This document shows, piece after piece, positions 60,870 through 64,000 of a stretch of DNA of 64,000 nucleotides; the stretch's first letter is position 1, and each line of letters begins with the position of its first letter. The notes below the pieces were generated by a model. It ran no database searches and had not been told where the DNA came from. It saw only the letters and a list, made by a program, of their open reading frames with translations. Both the position numbers and the translations under genes were made by a program. This DNA comes from Paracoccaceae bacterium (GTDB lineage: Bacteria; Pseudomonadota; Alphaproteobacteria; JAPKNN01), in contig JAPKNN010000012.1 in NCBI GenBank assembly GCA_040266715.1, positions 18 to 64,017 of the forward strand. The letters run 5' to 3'.

Positions 60870-62489
60870 TTGATGAAAGACTTATTTGATTTATTGGCTC
60901 CATCTGAACAGGGTTCTCTTACAGAAAGTAAGGCAGATAAACCATTGGTTAAGAAACGAAAGAGCCAAAAGAAAACAACACACACACACGCATCATCAGA
61001 TAATCATAAATCAGCTCCTTTGCAGGAGGTCACAGAAAACGTAAATAAGAAGAAAAAATTAACAGAAGAAATAAAAAATTACTCTACGCAGAACCCTCAA
61101 AAAGAAGAGCCCAACATAATTGATGCGTCTCTTCCTTCCATTTCGGATAATATAATGTGTTATTCCGTAAGTGAGTTGTCGCGTATTATACGTAGCGAAA
61201 TAGAGGAAAGATTCCATTTTGTAAAAATAAGAGGAGAATTAGGACGTATTTCTCAGCCCGCATCAGGACATATATATCTTGATATTAAGGACGAAAATGC
61301 AGTTATGGCAGGTGTTATATGGAAAAATAAAGCACATGCATATCACACAATTATAGAGCAAGGTTTAGAGGTTGTAATAACAGGTTCATTAACAACTTTT
61401 GCCCCCCAATCACGCTATCAAATTACAATTGATCACATAGAACCCGCAGGCAAGGGGGCTTTGATGGCCTTACTAGAACAAAGACGAATTAAGCTACAAA
61501 AAGAAGGAATATTTGACGCAAAACATAAGCAAAACCTTCCCTATCTTCCTAAAAAAATAGGTGTTATTACTTCTCTTCAAGGAGCTGTTATTCAAGATAT
61601 ACGTCATCGTTTGCGCGAAAGATTTCCTCGCCATGTCATCGTATATCCCGCTTTGATGCAGGGTGAATATACTGCAGAGCAAGTTATTTCTGGAATAAAA
61701 TTTTTTAATCAATTACCGTGTATTGAAAAACCCGATATTATTATTATTGCACGTGGTGGCGGAAGTATTGAAGATTTATGGGCCTTTAATGAAGAGTCTC
61801 TTGTTTACGCCGCTAAAGATTCTGCTATTCCCATTATTTCTGCAATTGGACATGAAACAGATTGGTGTCTGCTTGATTATGTCGCTGATTATAGAGCGCC
61901 AACACCAACAGCTGCAGCAGAAAAATCTGTACCTGTGCGTCAAGATTTGTATCATTACCTTGCACTGCAAGACGCACAATTAATACGTATAATTTCTACT
62001 TTGATTAAGCAAAAGAAGCAGCAATATATGTATGTACTTAAGGGATTAGTGTCACCAAAAAAGCGTCTTGCACAAGATAGACAAAGGCTTGATTATGTCA
62101 ATTTAGAATTAGACAGTTTATTTAGACATAAAATTGAACACAAACATATTCAAATTCAAGAATTTACTAACTTAGTATCATATAAAAAAATAAAAAACCG
62201 TATTGATTTTCATACTTATAAATTAGATTCATTTATGAAAAATTTGGACAGTTTAATCAACAATTACTTAAAAGCATGTCGTGCAAATGTTGAACATAAT
62301 GGAAAACAATTACACCATTTGGGTTATCCAAACATATTGAAGAGGGGATTTGCTTTGATAAGTGATGAAAAGGATAAAACGATAATAAGATCTTCTAGTG
62401 AAATGAAAGACAATCAAACTGTTGATATATGTTTTTATGATTCTCACGCAAAAGCAAAAATTTTAACCAAACATCACAAGAACCATTAA
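60870..62489 (+). CDS. xseA: Exodeoxyribonuclease VII large subunit, with ~100-aa basic low-complexity N-terminal extension
   Basis: OB-fold block VKIRGELGRISQPASGHIYLDIKDENA; catalytic core RGGGSIEDLWAFNEE, ISAIGHETD. Confidence 0.85.
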   Translation: MMKDLFDLLAPSEQGSLTESKADKPLVKKRKSQKKTTHTHASSDNHKSAPLQEVTENVNKKKKLTEEIKNYSTQNPQKEEPNIIDASLPSISDNIMCYSVSELSRIIRSEIEERFHFVKIRGELGRISQPASGHIYLDIKDENAVMAGVIWKNKAHAYHTIIEQGLEVVITGSLTTFAPQSRYQITIDHIEPAGKGALMALLEQRRIKLQKEGIFDAKHKQNLPYLPKKIGVITSLQGAVIQDIRHRLRERFPRHVIVYPALMQGEYTAEQVISGIKFFNQLPCIEKPDIIIIARGGGSIEDLWAFNEESLVYAAKDSAIPIISAIGHETDWCLLDYVADYRAPTPTAAAEKSVPVRQDLYHYLALQDAQLIRIISTLIKQKKQQYMYVLKGLVSPKKRLAQDRQRLDYVNLELDSLFRHKIEHKHIQIQEFTNLVSYKKIKNRIDFHTYKLDSFMKNLDSLINNYLKACRANVEHNGKQLHHLGYPNILKRGFALISDEKDKTIIRSSSEMKDNQTVDICFYDSHAKAKILTKHHKNH

Positions 62490-62735
62490 CAATAAAGCTC
62501 TTTTTTAATGGAGACCATGAATGGGTAGAGGGAAATTTGGATGACATTATAAATGCTATAAAATCCTATAAAAAGTAATGAGAACAGCTATTGAAGTATA
62601 ATAATATATTGGCAAAATGGATTTTGATTGGGAGCATTAAGTCATAATCCCCCAAAATATATGTAGCTAGTGAGAAGTATAAAAATTTAATTCCCGATTT
62701 CCGAAAGCGTGTAACATACAATATTACACCTGTAT

Positions 62736-63620
62736 TTATGGTGCAAATCTACCAAAGGGTCGTGGCTGACGAAAGGGTCTCAGGCGGCTATGAGGTTTTA
62801 TACGCTGATTTTTATAGAAGGATTCATCGGGTTTACCTCTAAAGCAACGAGGAATGAAAGGAAAAACATCAGTCAAGAAATAGTGATATGTACCCTCAGG
62901 ATATTCTGGTGTAATGCCAAAGCGCCCATTACATTGATCAAGATCGCCCAGAAGAGGTATATATTGATGATCCTCAACGAATGTACCATCATGTTGTCCA
63001 CCTGGCCCAGATGAGCGGACATTGTTTATAACTCTAAAACTTGAACGCACTTTTTTTACTGCAGAACGTCTATTTTGTGGATCAGTATATCCATACAATG
63101 CGTAAATTGGATAGCCATCTGCTGCATAACCGACCAAGGGAGAGTGATAATTGGGATCATGATCTCCTAGATAAACGGGGTAGGGTACGCCATGATAATG
63201 ATAAACACCCAACGGATTAACATGGGCATTATTATTATCTAAACCTAAATCAACATTGCGAGACATGGCTTCGTAATTCCAGCCAGAAGATCTATTATTT
63301 CTCCAAAACTCGTTTGTTGCTGGATCAAAAGGAATACCGTGCACACTGACACCAAAAAATCTATTGTGCCCAACCATAATTGGCTTATGTGAGGGCGTTT
63401 GTAATTTGGGAATACGGAAATAATGTTTTTGCTTCAAAATAGCATTAGGATTGCGTCTATTTGGAAAATTGCCATGTGCATGCGTAGGAATACCATTTGA
63501 TATAACATACAAATATTTTTCATCCTCTGAACGCGTTGTATCGGCGAATTCTTTTGGATTTGTACAACCAGATAGTAATATAATAAGCGTGCTTAGTATG
63601 TATTTCATTTTTGACATCAT
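62736..63620 (-). CDS. YHYH-domain lipoprotein
   Basis: Lipobox LLSGC; GVYHYHGVPYP motif of the YHYH family. Confidence 0.5.
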   Translation of the reverse strand: MMSKMKYILSTLIILLSGCTNPKEFADTTRSEDEKYLYVISNGIPTHAHGNFPNRRNPNAILKQKHYFRIPKLQTPSHKPIMVGHNRFFGVSVHGIPFDPATNEFWRNNRSSGWNYEAMSRNVDLGLDNNNAHVNPLGVYHYHGVPYPVYLGDHDPNYHSPLVGYAADGYPIYALYGYTDPQNRRSAVKKVRSSFRVINNVRSSGPGGQHDGTFVEDHQYIPLLGDLDQCNGRFGITPEYPEGTYHYFLTDVFPFIPRCFRGKPDESFYKNQRIKPHSRLRPFRQPRPFGRFAP

Positions 63621-64000
63621 GTAACTATTTTATTTTTTTCAAGAAGAAAATCAATTAAATTATGTAGCATATTCGCTTTTTTACCATAATATTCTAAGCT
63701 TTTATGAGCATTAATAGCAAGATTAGCACATATTTTTTTGGTTTTTAGTATCTCATCAATATGGTTTTCTTCGTTTAAAGATGGATAATTTTTATCTATA
63801 TCGTCTAAATCGTCTAAATCATCAAGCGTCTGGAATAGCTGTCCTAAGTAATGTGCATATTCTGTTAAACTCCGCTCCTCTTGCGAGGAATAATTTTTGT
63901 TTAATAATAAGGCAGAAATGACAGAAAATCTAAATAGCTCACCAGTTTTTAGTGCATTTATTTTATGTGTTTGCAAAGAATCAAGCGTATTTTTGTGTGT
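63617..64000 (-). CDS. ispA: Polyprenyl (farnesyl/geranyl) diphosphate synthase, C-terminal part (runs off window end)
   Basis: KTGELFRFSV and GQLFQTLDDLDD align to IspA KTGALIRAAV / GLAFQVQDDILD, the second Asp-rich motif. Confidence 0.6.
   Translation of the reverse strand, partial: THKNTLDSLQTHKINALKTGELFRFSVISALLLNKNYSSQEERSLTEYAHYLGQLFQTLDDLDDLDDIDKNYPSLNEENHIDEILKTKKICANLAINAHKSLEYYGKKANMLHNLIDFLLEKNKIVT

Noticed and set aside
61494-61983. Three short ORFs inside xseA (both strands)
   Set aside because: They overlap the conserved catalytic core of XseA; spurious.

Overview
This window looks like an origin-proximal stretch of a low-GC alphaproteobacterial (Rhizobiales, Bartonella-like) chromosome. 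The gene content and AT-richness are inferred by eye; no GC content was computed.

Most of the window is densely packed housekeeping genes:
- amino-acid and nucleotide biosynthesis: hisD, argB, dapD, dapE, argG, purA, serA, serC, purD, thrB
- the conserved block rpmH-rnpA-yidC-engB
- rph, rdgB, hemW and ubiG
- hemE with an adjacent AT-rich intergenic region, followed by hemJ, rnhA, ispH and xseA
- a complete polar amino-acid ABC transporter operon, a 915-aa autotransporter and a proline-rich outer membrane protein
- three tRNAs: Leu-CAA, Leu-CAG and Phe-GAA

The clearly non-ordinary part is roughly 26.9-34.6 kb, just left of tRNA-Phe. It looks like a decayed accessory island and contains:
- small hypothetical ORFs and a truncated Panacea-domain (DUF4065) gene
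- a Soj-like parA with no parB partner
- two perfect 16-bp parS palindromes (TGTTTCACGTGAAACA) upstream of that parA
- about 2 kb of AT-rich DNA with no convincing ORFs
- a C5 cytosine methyltransferase gene broken into at least three frames, with a presumably decayed restriction partner beside it

Other things worth a second look:
- the 287-bp hemE-upstream intergenic region, with a perfect DnaA box and a TTAA-N7-TTAAC CtrA motif, as a candidate oriC
- a TipF-like membrane protein with a long acidic linker and a degenerate C-terminal EAL domain
- a (TTGAA)5 pentanucleotide repeat abutting the autotransporter start codon
- a heptanucleotide repeat at the start of a small membrane ORF
- a MucR/Ros homologue lacking two of its four zinc ligands
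- a membrane-anchored pentapeptide-repeat protein

No CRISPR array, integrase or obvious phage structural genes were seen. My base positions read off the printed sequence can be off by 1-2 nt. One such discrepancy against the ORF track appeared near 50.75 kb.
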